Shown: piece by piece, positions 1 to 8,572 of the stretch
Layout: every line of letters begins with the position of its first letter
How positions within the stretch are numbered: the stretch's first letter is position 1
Source of the DNA: Thermoplasmatales archaeon
GTDB lineage: Archaea > Thermoplasmatota > Thermoplasmata > Thermoplasmatales > Thermoplasmataceae
Assembly (NCBI GenBank): GCA_027310185.1
Contig: DAIDBH010000004.1
Coordinates: forward strand, 1 to 15,106
DNA length: 15,106 nucleotides
Direction of reading: 5' to 3'
Notes under the pieces: model-generated
The model's database searches: none
What the model saw: the letters and a program-made list of their open reading frames with translations, nothing else
What the model was told of the DNA's origin: nothing
Translations under genes and position numbers: made by a program

Positions 1-2
1 TT

Positions 3-3000
3 ACAGGAGGGACATCTCCTTACACTTATGCATGGTACAATAGTGGGACATTAGAATCTTCCACGTCAAGTACATATACAACCTCATTCAGTAGTTCAGG
101 GACGTATGTTATCGAAGTGATAATCAAAGATGCCAACGGAAATAAGGCATACTACAACTTTACAGAAACTGTAAATGTCGATCCCTCAGTCAGCATCACA
201 TCCTCACAAAACCCAACAGATGTCGGTAATAGTGTTACATTCACGGCCTCAGCCTCTGGAGGATCAGGATCATATACTTATCAGTGGTATTATGCAAGCA
301 ATAACACAGCAATATCAGGAGCAACGGGATATGAATATACCAGATCTTTTAGCACATCGGGGACATACTCGTTTTATGTCATCATTCATGATGGCAATGG
401 CAATGCAGCCCAATCAAGCACATTGGACGAGACTGTAAATGCTGATCCGTCAGTAAGTATCTCTGAGTCTCCATCTCCAACAGATGTGGGAGTAAGCGTG
501 ACTTTTACGTCCTCAGCCTCTGGTGGTACTGGTTCTTATAATTATACATGGACGATAGACGGTAAAACCTATTACACGCAATCTGTGACAGTAGTATTCG
601 GCACCTCAGGGACATATACAGCACAACTAACTATAAGGGACACTCTTGGAGACACAGCAAGTGCATCAGAGAGCATAGTGGTCAATCAGGATCCAACAGT
701 AAGTATCAGTGCAGAATATTCAACTGTCTATTCAAAAACAAATGACACTCTCTCAGCCTCAGGAGATTACGGCACTGGCACTTACAATTATACATGGTAC
801 AATGGGACAACAATCATAGGATATGGGCATACCCTAATTTACAAGTGGGGATCAAAGGGCAATTACACGATCTCTGTAGAAATAAAAGACTCACTTGGAG
901 AGACATACACAACCAGTGTCATCATTCAGGTTGTACCACATCCTGACATTTTCATAGCAGGGCCATTAAAGGTAACAGTTGGGCAGTCAAACACGTGGTC
1001 TATGGTTGCATCTCATTTAACAATTAACGGTAATGTAGAATGGTACAATGACGGCACAAGTGCATCTGATACAACTCCATTCTTTACCTTCTCTTATCCT
1101 GTCGCAGACGTGAATGAAACCATCGAAGTCAGTTATGACGTGCAGGGAAAATACTACAATAGCACAATAACAATCCATGTGTATGGTAAACCTAAGGTAT
1201 CAATCAGCGAGACTGATCTCACAACCGATGTTGGACTGAGTGATTCATTCAGTGCAATTACCTCCTCAGGTACTCCTGGTTATACATTCGTATGGACTGT
1301 AGATGGGCAGTCATTCGACTCTCAGGACTTTACATACTCATTCAGTAGTTCAGGGACACATCTCGTAAAGGTAACTGCTACTGACGGTGACGGCGTCTCG
1401 GTCTCAGCAGAGGCTAACATAACTGTAAATGCTGATCCGTCAGTAACGATTTCTACCTCTAATAGCCAGTACGATCTCGGTTATTCCATAACATTCACAG
1501 CCTCGACAAAAGATGGCACTAGGTCATATACTTATCAGTGGTACCTGAACGGCAATGCAGTCTCAGGGGCAACGTCAAGCACTTATACAACCTCTTTCAC
1601 TGCCTCAGGCACTGATTCGGTATATGTGATCATTCAGGATAGTTTAGGTGTAAGTGCAACCTCTAATCATATCTCAGTAGATATCAAAAATCAACCAAGC
1701 GTAACGGTCTCAGCATCAAGGCATAATGCAGATACCGGACAGGTTATATCATTTGATTCAGCGGTCTTTAACGGTACAGGGCCGTACACTTATGAATGGT
1801 TCATAAATTCAGGGTCAGTATCAACCCAAGCCTCTTTCTCATATACCTTTACCACTGCTGGAACATATACAGTGAAACTCACGGTAACTGATTCAGATGG
1901 GTATTCTTCAAGTGCAAGTGTGACTGTTATTGTATCCTCTGATCCGTCCGTCTCAATCAGCACGCCGCATTCAAAAATTGATATTGGATATGCTGATTCA
2001 TTTTCAGCAGCTGCAACAGGAGGACTTTCTCCATATTCTTATGAATGGTTATATCTTGGCAATTCAATTTCTACCTCCTCCTCGTTATCTTACTCTTTCA
2101 ACAGTGCAGGAAATAAGACTATCGAGGTAATTATAACAGATGCAAACGGATACAATTCATACTCAAATATCACTGTTCTGGTAGTCTCCCATCCTTTTGT
2201 GCAGATAGGGGAAAAATACAACTCTTTAGATGTGAATGTACAGGATATTTTCACATCTACGGTTGAATATGGAAGTGCACCATACAACTACACATGGTAT
2301 GTCGGATCAGTGATTGTTGGATATGGATCTTCTCTTTCCCATACCTTTACCACTGCTGGAACATACACAGTCAAACTCACGGTAACTGATATAGATGGCT
2401 ATAAGTACACTGCTTCTAAAGGCGTTACTGTTGTTGCTTCTCCATCTGTAAGCATTCTCGCAAACTACCACGAGATAGATCAGGGGATGACTATTGATTT
2501 CCTCTCAGGAGTGCAAAATGGCACAGGGCCATACAACTACACATGGTCAATAGGCACTGTTGCTGTGGGCTATTCATCCTCGCTTTCCTATGCATTCAGT
2601 ACATCGGGGACGTATACTGTCTCTGTCACTGTGAAAGATTCATTTGGAGAATCAGGTAAAGCATCAATAACCATAACCGTAAACAGTCCTATTTCTGTTA
2701 GTGCTTCCGTAAAATACAATTCTATAGACGCTGGACAGAACGGTATCTTTACAGGTTCAGTAACAGGCGGTACAGGGCCATACAGTTATTCATGGGCGAT
2801 AGATGGAAATGTTATCAGTTCTCAGCAAATGCTTACTTATTCTTTCATCAATCCTGGTACCTATACAATCACATTCACTGCAACCGATTCGTTTGGAAAA
2901 TCAGCCTCTTACTCTCTGTCCATAAAAGTTAATCCCTCGCTCTCAGGGGCGTTGAATATCACATATACAACAGTGGATACCAATATTACTGACACGATCA

Positions 3001-4919
3001 CACTCACTGCAAAGAATGGTACAGGGCCGTACACTTATGCAATCCTGATCAATGGCAAGTTAGTATCTTCTATCGATTCATATTCTCAATATTTCACGTC
3101 TCCTGGCACTTTCCTCATATCAGCATACATAAATGATTCCTCAGGGCAAAGCATCCGGTTGACAGCTTCCATAGTGGTAAGGGCAAATCCCACTGTCTCC
3201 ATCGTATCTCCAACGAACAAAACAGACGTTAGCGATCTGACCAGTTTCAGAGGCATCCTTACAGGAGGCATAGGACCATATACATACTCATGGCTTGTAG
3301 CGGGGCATACCTATGCAAATTCAACTCTTTCGTATGCATTTCTCTCGACTGGCGAGTACACGGTGCAGCTAACAGTCACGGATGCATTCGGCAGGCAAGC
3401 AATCGCATCCATAAACGAAACAGTATTCCCAGATCCAACCGCAACGCTGGTAAAACCTGCACACATTGTAGCATCAGAGCAAACCCCTCTCTCTCTGAAC
3501 ATTTCCGGTGGAATTGCACCATTTAAGGTATCATGGGCATTCCCGGGAGGTGAACAGTTCTCCGGTAACGCCATAACCTATGCTTTCAGCTCATCAGGAC
3601 CAAATACATTCCAGGTTAGGGTGCAGGATGCCAGTGGATATACAGATACACAGAATTTCACTGTAAATGTTGGTTTATATGTTACCATCTCAGCAAATCA
3701 GACAAGAGGCATAGGGCCTCTATCAGTCCAATTCAGTTCATCCGTCCTAGGCGGATCAAGTTATTCATACAACTGGACATTCTCTCCAGGGCATTCGAGT
3801 TTAGAACCTAATCCCTCCTATACTTTTCCAGTGGGTAACTATACCGTGCATTTTACTGCAACCGCAAATAATGGGGCAATAGGCCAGAAAAACTTAACCA
3901 TACAGAGTCTACCAGAGCCAGTTACTTTCCTGTATAGCACTGATCTAAACATTACTCAGGCATTCCATTTCAGGGCTGTACCTAATTGGGATGCAGAGGC
4001 GCCATATTCAGCGTCATGGTCATTTCCCAACGGACAGCAACTTACGGGACTGAATATCTCTTATAAGTTTCCAGTATACTCAGAATTTAACAAGGTTCTG
4101 GCAACATTCACATTCAATGGAAAATCATACTCGCAAATCTTAACCGTCAGGATGATCCCTGCAAATCCGATCATATCTTTCAAACTACCTAAAATCATAC
4201 CTGTTGATACTCTTCTCTCTCTTAATGCAACAGCCTCAGCACCTGATTCGTCCTCATTCACATACCAGTGGACGATCAATGGGCATTTAGAATCAGGACA
4301 GGATCAGTTTTATTATTTCAGTTCAGTCAAAAATTACTCCGTCTCTCTTACTGTCACAGATTCGCTTGGTGCAACTACGACGATATCTCATTATATCGAT
4401 GTTGTAGCACTGGAGAGCAATACAACCATTGTGATCGGTTATCATCTAAAGACAATCGGGCCTGACGATTATTATACTATCAAAGTTCAGTCTACAGATG
4501 GGATTGACATTACAGAGGCATTTCTAGGGGATAACCAACTTACTCTTACTCTGATAAATGAGACAACCACATCCTCGGGCACAATCGCATATTACAATCT
4601 TACTCTCCTACAGTCAGATTATCCTGCTGGAACACACTCACTTAATGTAATTTCATTTAACTCTCAGTCTCAGAGTAATCATGTTACTATCCCATTTTCA
4701 GTGTCGAGTCAGTACTCATCTTCAAGTTTTTCCTTCGAGACAATCATTCAATTTTTCGGAGGATTCTCAAATTTCCTCGTGCTAATACTGACACTTGCAG
4801 GAGTTGTGATTGCATATTCTTCATTGAATAGGGAGGCAAATCCTGACGTGGTCATACAAGAGACAGGCAAAAAGGGAAAAACAAAGAGTGTAGTCCTGAA
4901 GGGCAGGAGGAAGAAATAA
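3..4919 (+). CDS. Giant PKD/Ig-like repeat surface protein with C-terminal membrane anchor (5'-truncated; adhesin or spike candidate)
   Basis: The frame is open from position 3 (TGGTSPYTYAWY...), so GTG at 117 is not the true start. About 17 complete ~83-aa repeats follow the pattern P-S-V-S-I...D-V-G...F...GGTGPYxYxW...SYTFxxxGTYxVxLTVTDxxG, plus a partial repeat at the window edge and a divergent last beta domain. It has many N-x-S/T sequons, a hydrophobic helix (FSNFLVLILTLAGVVIAY) and a basic tail (KKGKTKSVVLKGRRKK). Confidence 0.92.
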   Translation, partial: TGGTSPYTYAWYNSGTLESSTSSTYTTSFSSSGTYVIEVIIKDANGNKAYYNFTETVNVDPSVSITSSQNPTDVGNSVTFTASASGGSGSYTYQWYYASNNTAISGATGYEYTRSFSTSGTYSFYVIIHDGNGNAAQSSTLDETVNADPSVSISESPSPTDVGVSVTFTSSASGGTGSYNYTWTIDGKTYYTQSVTVVFGTSGTYTAQLTIRDTLGDTASASESIVVNQDPTVSISAEYSTVYSKTNDTLSASGDYGTGTYNYTWYNGTTIIGYGHTLIYKWGSKGNYTISVEIKDSLGETYTTSVIIQVVPHPDIFIAGPLKVTVGQSNTWSMVASHLTINGNVEWYNDGTSASDTTPFFTFSYPVADVNETIEVSYDVQGKYYNSTITIHVYGKPKVSISETDLTTDVGLSDSFSAITSSGTPGYTFVWTVDGQSFDSQDFTYSFSSSGTHLVKVTATDGDGVSVSAEANITVNADPSVTISTSNSQYDLGYSITFTASTKDGTRSYTYQWYLNGNAVSGATSSTYTTSFTASGTDSVYVIIQDSLGVSATSNHISVDIKNQPSVTVSASRHNADTGQVISFDSAVFNGTGPYTYEWFINSGSVSTQASFSYTFTTAGTYTVKLTVTDSDGYSSSASVTVIVSSDPSVSISTPHSKIDIGYADSFSAAATGGLSPYSYEWLYLGNSISTSSSLSYSFNSAGNKTIEVIITDANGYNSYSNITVLVVSHPFVQIGEKYNSLDVNVQDIFTSTVEYGSAPYNYTWYVGSVIVGYGSSLSHTFTTAGTYTVKLTVTDIDGYKYTASKGVTVVASPSVSILANYHEIDQGMTIDFLSGVQNGTGPYNYTWSIGTVAVGYSSSLSYAFSTSGTYTVSVTVKDSFGESGKASITITVNSPISVSASVKYNSIDAGQNGIFTGSVTGGTGPYSYSWAIDGNVISSQQMLTYSFINPGTYTITFTATDSFGKSASYSLSIKVNPSLSGALNITYTTVDTNITDTITLTAKNGTGPYTYAILINGKLVSSIDSYSQYFTSPGTFLISAYINDSSGQSIRLTASIVVRANPTVSIVSPTNKTDVSDLTSFRGILTGGIGPYTYSWLVAGHTYANSTLSYAFLSTGEYTVQLTVTDAFGRQAIASINETVFPDPTATLVKPAHIVASEQTPLSLNISGGIAPFKVSWAFPGGEQFSGNAITYAFSSSGPNTFQVRVQDASGYTDTQNFTVNVGLYVTISANQTRGIGPLSVQFSSSVLGGSSYSYNWTFSPGHSSLEPNPSYTFPVGNYTVHFTATANNGAIGQKNLTIQSLPEPVTFLYSTDLNITQAFHFRAVPNWDAEAPYSASWSFPNGQQLTGLNISYKFPVYSEFNKVLATFTFNGKSYSQILTVRMIPANPIISFKLPKIIPVDTLLSLNATASAPDSSSFTYQWTINGHLESGQDQFYYFSSVKNYSVSLTVTDSLGATTTISHYIDVVALESNTTIVIGYHLKTIGPDDYYTIKVQSTDGIDITEAFLGDNQLTLTLINETTTSSGTIAYYNLTLLQSDYPAGTHSLNVISFNSQSQSNHVTIPFSVSSQYSSSSFSFETIIQFFGGFSNFLVLILTLAGVVIAYSSLNREANPDVVIQETGKKGKTKSVVLKGRRKK
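1843..2390 (+). repeat. Near-identical 50-bp intragenic direct repeat (1843-1892 and 2341-2390)
   Basis: ATACCTTTACCACTGCTGGAACATA(T/C)ACAGT(G/C)AAACTCACGGTAACTGAT is 48/50 identical. Both differences are synonymous and the offset is 498 nt, equal to two PKD repeats. Confidence 0.9.
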
Positions 4920-4972
4920 AATGGATGGGTGGCAGGAGTGGGAAACGAAGCATAAAGGGGGTGATAAAGAAC

Positions 4973-5107
4973 ATGGCGGCAAGAAAAAATAAGAAAACAA
5001 CCGGAAGAAGAACCACAAGAAGCAGCAGAAGGACAGGCAAAAGCACTGCAAGAAGGACGACCAAAGGGAAGAAGTCTTCCGGAAAGAAATCGACCAGGAG
5101 GAGATAA
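4973..5107 (+). CDS. 44-aa protamine-like Arg/Lys/Ser/Thr-rich peptide (putative nucleic-acid condensing protein)
   Basis: An SD-like GGGGGTGA (4957-4964) precedes ATG 4973; an alternative start is at 4925. MAARKNKKTTGRRTTRSSRRTGKSTARRTTKGKKSSGKKSTRRR has 20 K/R, 15 S/T and no acidic or aromatic residues. Confidence 0.7.
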   Translation: MAARKNKKTTGRRTTRSSRRTGKSTARRTTKGKKSSGKKSTRRR

Positions 5108-5115
5108 ATTACTAA

Positions 5116-5160
5116 TGCCTGAGAAGGCAATTCAAAATTTTTAAAAATTTAATTATATAA
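5116..5160 (+). promoter_or_regulatory. Intergenic GNRA hairpin, AT-only palindrome and TATA-like box (possible internal promoter or terminator)
   Basis: TGCCT-GAGA-AGGCA at 5116-5129, perfect palindrome AAATTTTTAAAAATTT at 5135-5150, and TTATATAA at 5153-5160, about 30 nt before ATG 5192. Confidence 0.4.
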
Positions 5161-5191
5161 AATAGGGGGAACAGAAAAAAGAGGGAAAGGA

Positions 5192-5536
5192 ATGGAATTC
5201 AGAAAAGTTGGAACAGGAAGGAAAAGAAGGACCGCTCCCATAAAGGAGAGGAAGGCACGAAGGCACAGAGAGAAACATCTCACTCAAAGAGAAATGGAAG
5301 AAAGATCCTATGCAGGGATAAGACACCCTGGAAGCCTTACAAAATACGGTTACCATATCAATGGAAGCACGATGCAGAGAGAAACTGCCCTGGACAAGGC
5401 TACAAAGCGATATGGAAGAAAGTCAGTTCTTCAAAAGCTCAGCGATTTATACCGGTTAGATTACAACAAACCTGATCTTAGAGAAAATATCATCCAGGAT
5501 ATAAGGTACGTCAGCAAAGGAAAAAGGAGTGATTAA
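5192..5536 (+). CDS. Basic 114-aa protein, DUF5771-like motif, putative DNA-binding or virion core protein
   Basis: A very basic N-terminus is followed by PGSLTKYGYH...RETALDKATKRYGRKSVLQKL...D. The family assignment is from memory and unverified. Its stop abuts the next ATG. Confidence 0.75.
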   Translation: MEFRKVGTGRKRRTAPIKERKARRHREKHLTQREMEERSYAGIRHPGSLTKYGYHINGSTMQRETALDKATKRYGRKSVLQKLSDLYRLDYNKPDLRENIIQDIRYVSKGKRSD

Positions 5537-5827
5537 ATGGGAAAAATAACTGATGCGATAATTGCTATTCTTGTGCTGATAGTAGGTTTGTATGTACTTA
5601 CAAGACTTGGGATCACATGGTCAGGGATATGGAAAATGATCCATACATTCTTTTCCTCTTCATCTCCTGCAACAAATGGGACAGCTACGTCGATTATATT
5701 CGGAATGGCTGCAAGTAACAGCAAAGTTCGGGACAAGATTAAAAAAAGAAAAGAACAGCTTATCAGGCTATCAAAAATAAGAGAAATTAAGGGAATTATA
5801 AAAAGGAGAGTGAATCGACGTGCATAA
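5537..5827 (+). CDS. Small membrane protein (N-terminal TM helix, amphipathic segment, basic C-terminal helix); candidate envelope or matrix protein
   Basis: SD AGGAGTGA lies upstream. The sequence has a hydrophobic AIIAILVLIVGLYVL segment, an NGT sequon and a K/R-rich C-terminus. Confidence 0.8.
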   Translation: MGKITDAIIAILVLIVGLYVLTRLGITWSGIWKMIHTFFSSSSPATNGTATSIIFGMAASNSKVRDKIKKRKEQLIRLSKIREIKGIIKRRVNRRA

Positions 5828-6692
5828 GGCAGTACTTTCTATATTTATAGGGCTGTCCGTCGCCTTAATCTTATTTTCGTTGCCCGCTGTACCCTCCGGA
5901 CATCCCATTAATTCAGGGCATTACACTGATGACATATCTACTCCCGTCTCATCCCATGTCCAAATTTATTCTACTTATCCTGGCAGTCCACAATACGAGA
6001 TATATGTGCCCCTGAACTCGTCAGGATTTGCTGTTTATCCTATCTGGCATATATTCTTGTATGGAAATGGGGCATTTACATTATTAGCTGATGGTAGTCA
6101 GGTTGAAAGTGGCTTCTCTACTGGTGCTTATAATCTTTCATATACCTTTACAGGTGGGTATGCTAATGCAACACTGATTTTTAACGGAAAATACACTTTC
6201 CATGATTCTATTTCTTCTGAACTGACCGACCACAATATTCAGTCAGTCCAGGTATATTCCTCATATCCTGGACAGGCTCAATTTTTAACGGTGCAGAATG
6301 GAGTCTCAGGCGCATTAATGTACACGTATTGGACTGCTATACTGCAAAGTACTCAGAATGTGACCTATTCAATATATGTTGGAGGTCAATCGCTGGCATC
6401 AGGGTCATTTGTTGGGACAAAAACAATCAAATTCAATGTTACAGGTAGTTCAGCAACAGTTACTATTGGGGTTGGTAAAGAAGTCTACAGATACCCGTCT
6501 GAATTAATTTCATCCGTCCCAATTCAAAGATACTATGCTCCAAAACCTCCTGCTCTAGTATATACTGTGACCGAATATGAATATGGGATTGCAAGAGCAT
6601 TCGTTGCATCTTTATTTGCAGTTCTTGTTTTGCTTTTGAGTGTAAGAAAACTCGTTATGGAGAGAAATAAGAGGGAGGTGCATATATTATGA
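5820..6692 (+). CDS. Membrane-anchored beta-rich protein with signal or TM N-terminus, two tandem homologous domains and a C-terminal TM
   Basis: GTG start with SD AGGAG overlaps the upstream gene. N-terminal hydrophobic AVLSIFIGLSVALILFSL; internal repeat VQIYSTYPG versus VQVYSSYPG, 96 codons apart; C-terminal AFVASLFAVLVLLLSV followed by RK. Confidence 0.85.
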   Translation: MHKAVLSIFIGLSVALILFSLPAVPSGHPINSGHYTDDISTPVSSHVQIYSTYPGSPQYEIYVPLNSSGFAVYPIWHIFLYGNGAFTLLADGSQVESGFSTGAYNLSYTFTGGYANATLIFNGKYTFHDSISSELTDHNIQSVQVYSSYPGQAQFLTVQNGVSGALMYTYWTAILQSTQNVTYSIYVGGQSLASGSFVGTKTIKFNVTGSSATVTIGVGKEVYRYPSELISSVPIQRYYAPKPPALVYTVTEYEYGIARAFVASLFAVLVLLLSVRKLVMERNKREVHIL

Positions 6693-7513
6693 GCTGGAGA
6701 GAGAACAGAAGAGAGAAGAAGTTGATCAAAGATGCCAAAAAACAGGGACTTAATGTTGTCCCAGGTTCTTCCCCTGATGAGAAAGTCAGGAGAGCTGTGG
6801 AGAAATTCAGCTCATGGAGGGAAATCTTAAAGAATTCTATCCCGCAGCTGCTGATTTCTATTTTACTCCTGTATGTGGAATATGAGATAATTGGGCTAAT
6901 CTATACACTCATTTCTGTAGCCGTATATGCCCCCCTCATATTCTTCTATTCTAAATCCCTCATAGAAAAAAGAGGACGATATCTACTGGTTGTCTCAATT
7001 GACAAGGGATCCACTGAGATCACCAGGTATCTGATACCGGATGAGCTCTGGGATTTGATCGAATTTGATCATCCTCTTGTGCCAGGAATGATCCGCTTCA
7101 ATGGCCGTGACACATTCCTTGGAACTAAGGTGTGGACATTAGATGGGACAAATCAGATCTACAAGGTAAAATTGTCATGGTTCCATTTCAACCAGCTGGA
7201 ATATCTAAGGAATAGAGGAATATTAGAACGAGCCATCGCATTCTCCACCCAGCTAAGTCTTGAGAATGCAGAACTCGAAAAGCTAAAAGAATTCCTTGCG
7301 GTGGTCGAAGGAAAGAGACAGACCAAGGAGAGACTGGATCTGATAGACAAGGCATACAGAGAAGATCCTGTGGAATTGAAGAAGAGGATACTCAAGGTTC
7401 AAAGCAGGATAGATGAGCTGGCGCAGTCTAATAGAGATCTACTCGCAGGATATGAAGAGTCGGAGGAGAAGGAAGAAAGAGAAAAGGAGGTGGAAAATGA
7501 TATACAGAATTAG
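6689..7513 (+). CDS. Membrane protein with TM hairpin, soluble beta domain and C-terminal coiled coil
   Basis: ATGA overlap and SD GGAGGTG. Hydrophobic LLISILLLYV and IIGLIYTLISVAVYAPLIFFY segments, and a heptad-like VELKKRILKVQSRIDELAQSNRDLL. Confidence 0.85.
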   Translation: MSWRENRREKKLIKDAKKQGLNVVPGSSPDEKVRRAVEKFSSWREILKNSIPQLLISILLLYVEYEIIGLIYTLISVAVYAPLIFFYSKSLIEKRGRYLLVVSIDKGSTEITRYLIPDELWDLIEFDHPLVPGMIRFNGRDTFLGTKVWTLDGTNQIYKVKLSWFHFNQLEYLRNRGILERAIAFSTQLSLENAELEKLKEFLAVVEGKRQTKERLDLIDKAYREDPVELKKRILKVQSRIDELAQSNRDLLAGYEESEEKEEREKEVENDIQN

Positions 7514-7775
7514 TGGTAATATCAAATCCGCAGATGTGTATCAGGCAATAGAGGATATTATTTTTGAGTCACCAGAACTAAAGAATAACGTCTGGCTTAA
7601 CCATAGAAAGGAGATGATAGAAGTGATTGAGAATGAGGATGCCAGAGCTCCCCCTCTCTCTCTTTTGTTCGATGAGGGAGTAATGATCGAGAGACAGGAT
7701 GGCGTATCTTTAATAGACATCCTGATTGATGAGATCAGGGAAAAGGCAAAGAAGGAGGAGACAGAAGATGAATGA
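7497..7775 (+). CDS. Small acidic hypothetical protein (92 aa)
   Basis: Start reassigned from 7413 to ATG 7497 on SD AAGGAGGTG. It overlaps both neighbours in operon fashion. Confidence 0.7.
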   Translation: MIYRISGNIKSADVYQAIEDIIFESPELKNNVWLNHRKEMIEVIENEDARAPPLSLLFDEGVMIERQDGVSLIDILIDEIREKAKKEETEDE

Positions 7776-8175
7776 ACAGGACACGCTGAAAGGTCCAAAC
7801 CTTACGTACTACCTGCTTTTGAAAGCCTCGGAATATCCAGGAGAAACAACCCACAGTGTACGAGGGGCATTCATGTGGGGAGAAAAATTGAAGGCAGTGC
7901 ACCATAATCTTTCATATTCGCACAGGGAAGATGATGAATACCTGAATGAATATATGAGGATTAAGGAGAAGATCGATCAGATTTCTAGAGACTACTATCC
8001 GTCTGAAAGGTATGTCATGGAAGCATACGAAATACTTCACGAGTGGCTGGGCAGCTTATCAAGGCTGTATTACAGGCTTGGAATGATGGCTAATGAGAGT
8101 CCGAGACAGCTGGAGTGGAATCAAGAAAGTGTTACTAGAGTAACAGAAACAGGAGGTGAAAAGAATGGGAGATGA
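7768..8175 (+). CDS. Alpha-helical hypothetical protein (135 aa), probable paralog of next gene
   Basis: Start reassigned to ATG 7768 on SD AAGGAGG. Motif AYEILHEWLGSLSRLYYRLGMM. Confidence 0.75.
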   Translation: MNEQDTLKGPNLTYYLLLKASEYPGETTHSVRGAFMWGEKLKAVHHNLSYSHREDDEYLNEYMRIKEKIDQISRDYYPSERYVMEAYEILHEWLGSLSRLYYRLGMMANESPRQLEWNQESVTRVTETGGEKNGR

Positions 8176-8572
8176 TGATTTTGCACCTACAGTGGGAGAA
8201 AAATCTCTTGCCAAGCTCTATGATCAGGCAACAACACTTCTGGCTGCAGGACCACTGGTAAGAAGTGTAAATCAGTTGAAGTACGTGCTCTCTGCCATGG
8301 ATCTGGTTCTCGGTCCTCTGTCAGCTGCAAATATGGACTTCCAGCAGGCTAAGACATATATTTATACCCAGCTAAAGGAAGCGCAAGAGAAGGAGGGAAG
8401 AAAGGCCATAGTGGAAAATGCACCTCTTACATTTACTATACTTCAGGACTGGTTCGAAGAGCTGAACAAGGTGATCGATGACAACAATCTGCTGTTTGCT
8501 TCCTCATCGGTATATCAGGAAACCTATTCCGACAAATATGATGGAGGTGATGAAGATGAAGCTACCGTTTGA
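8165..8572 (+). CDS. Alpha-helical hypothetical protein (135 aa)
   Basis: Start reassigned to ATG 8165 on a perfect SD AGGAGGTGA at 8151-8159. Motif TFTILQDWFEELNKVIDDNNLL. Confidence 0.78.
   Translation: MGDDDFAPTVGEKSLAKLYDQATTLLAAGPLVRSVNQLKYVLSAMDLVLGPLSAANMDFQQAKTYIYTQLKEAQEKEGRKAIVENAPLTFTILQDWFEELNKVIDDNNLLFASSSVYQETYSDKYDGGDEDEATV

Noticed and set aside
117-119. GTG 117 as start of the PKD protein
   Set aside because: The frame is open to the window edge and encodes more PKD repeat. No signal peptide follows 117.
175-4465. Short alternative-frame and antisense ORFs inside the PKD gene
   Set aside because: They are shadows of a long repeat-coding frame, with no motifs or SD support.
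3-4919. PKD DNA repeats as a CRISPR array or DGR template/variable pair
   Set aside because: The repeats are in-frame coding, differ from each other and are irregularly spaced. Mismatches are synonymous rather than adenine-specific, and no cas or reverse transcriptase gene is present.
4821-5356. Hydrophobic minus-strand ORFs (e.g. 4852-5130) resembling membrane proteins
   Set aside because: The Leu/Phe/Val richness is the reverse complement of A/G-rich Lys/Arg codons on the + strand, where SD-supported genes lie.
8478-8555. Longer N-termini given by the ORF track for the ATPase (also 7413, 7726, 8156 and 10874 starts)
   Set aside because: Downstream ATGs have strong SD motifs and give short operon-type overlaps.
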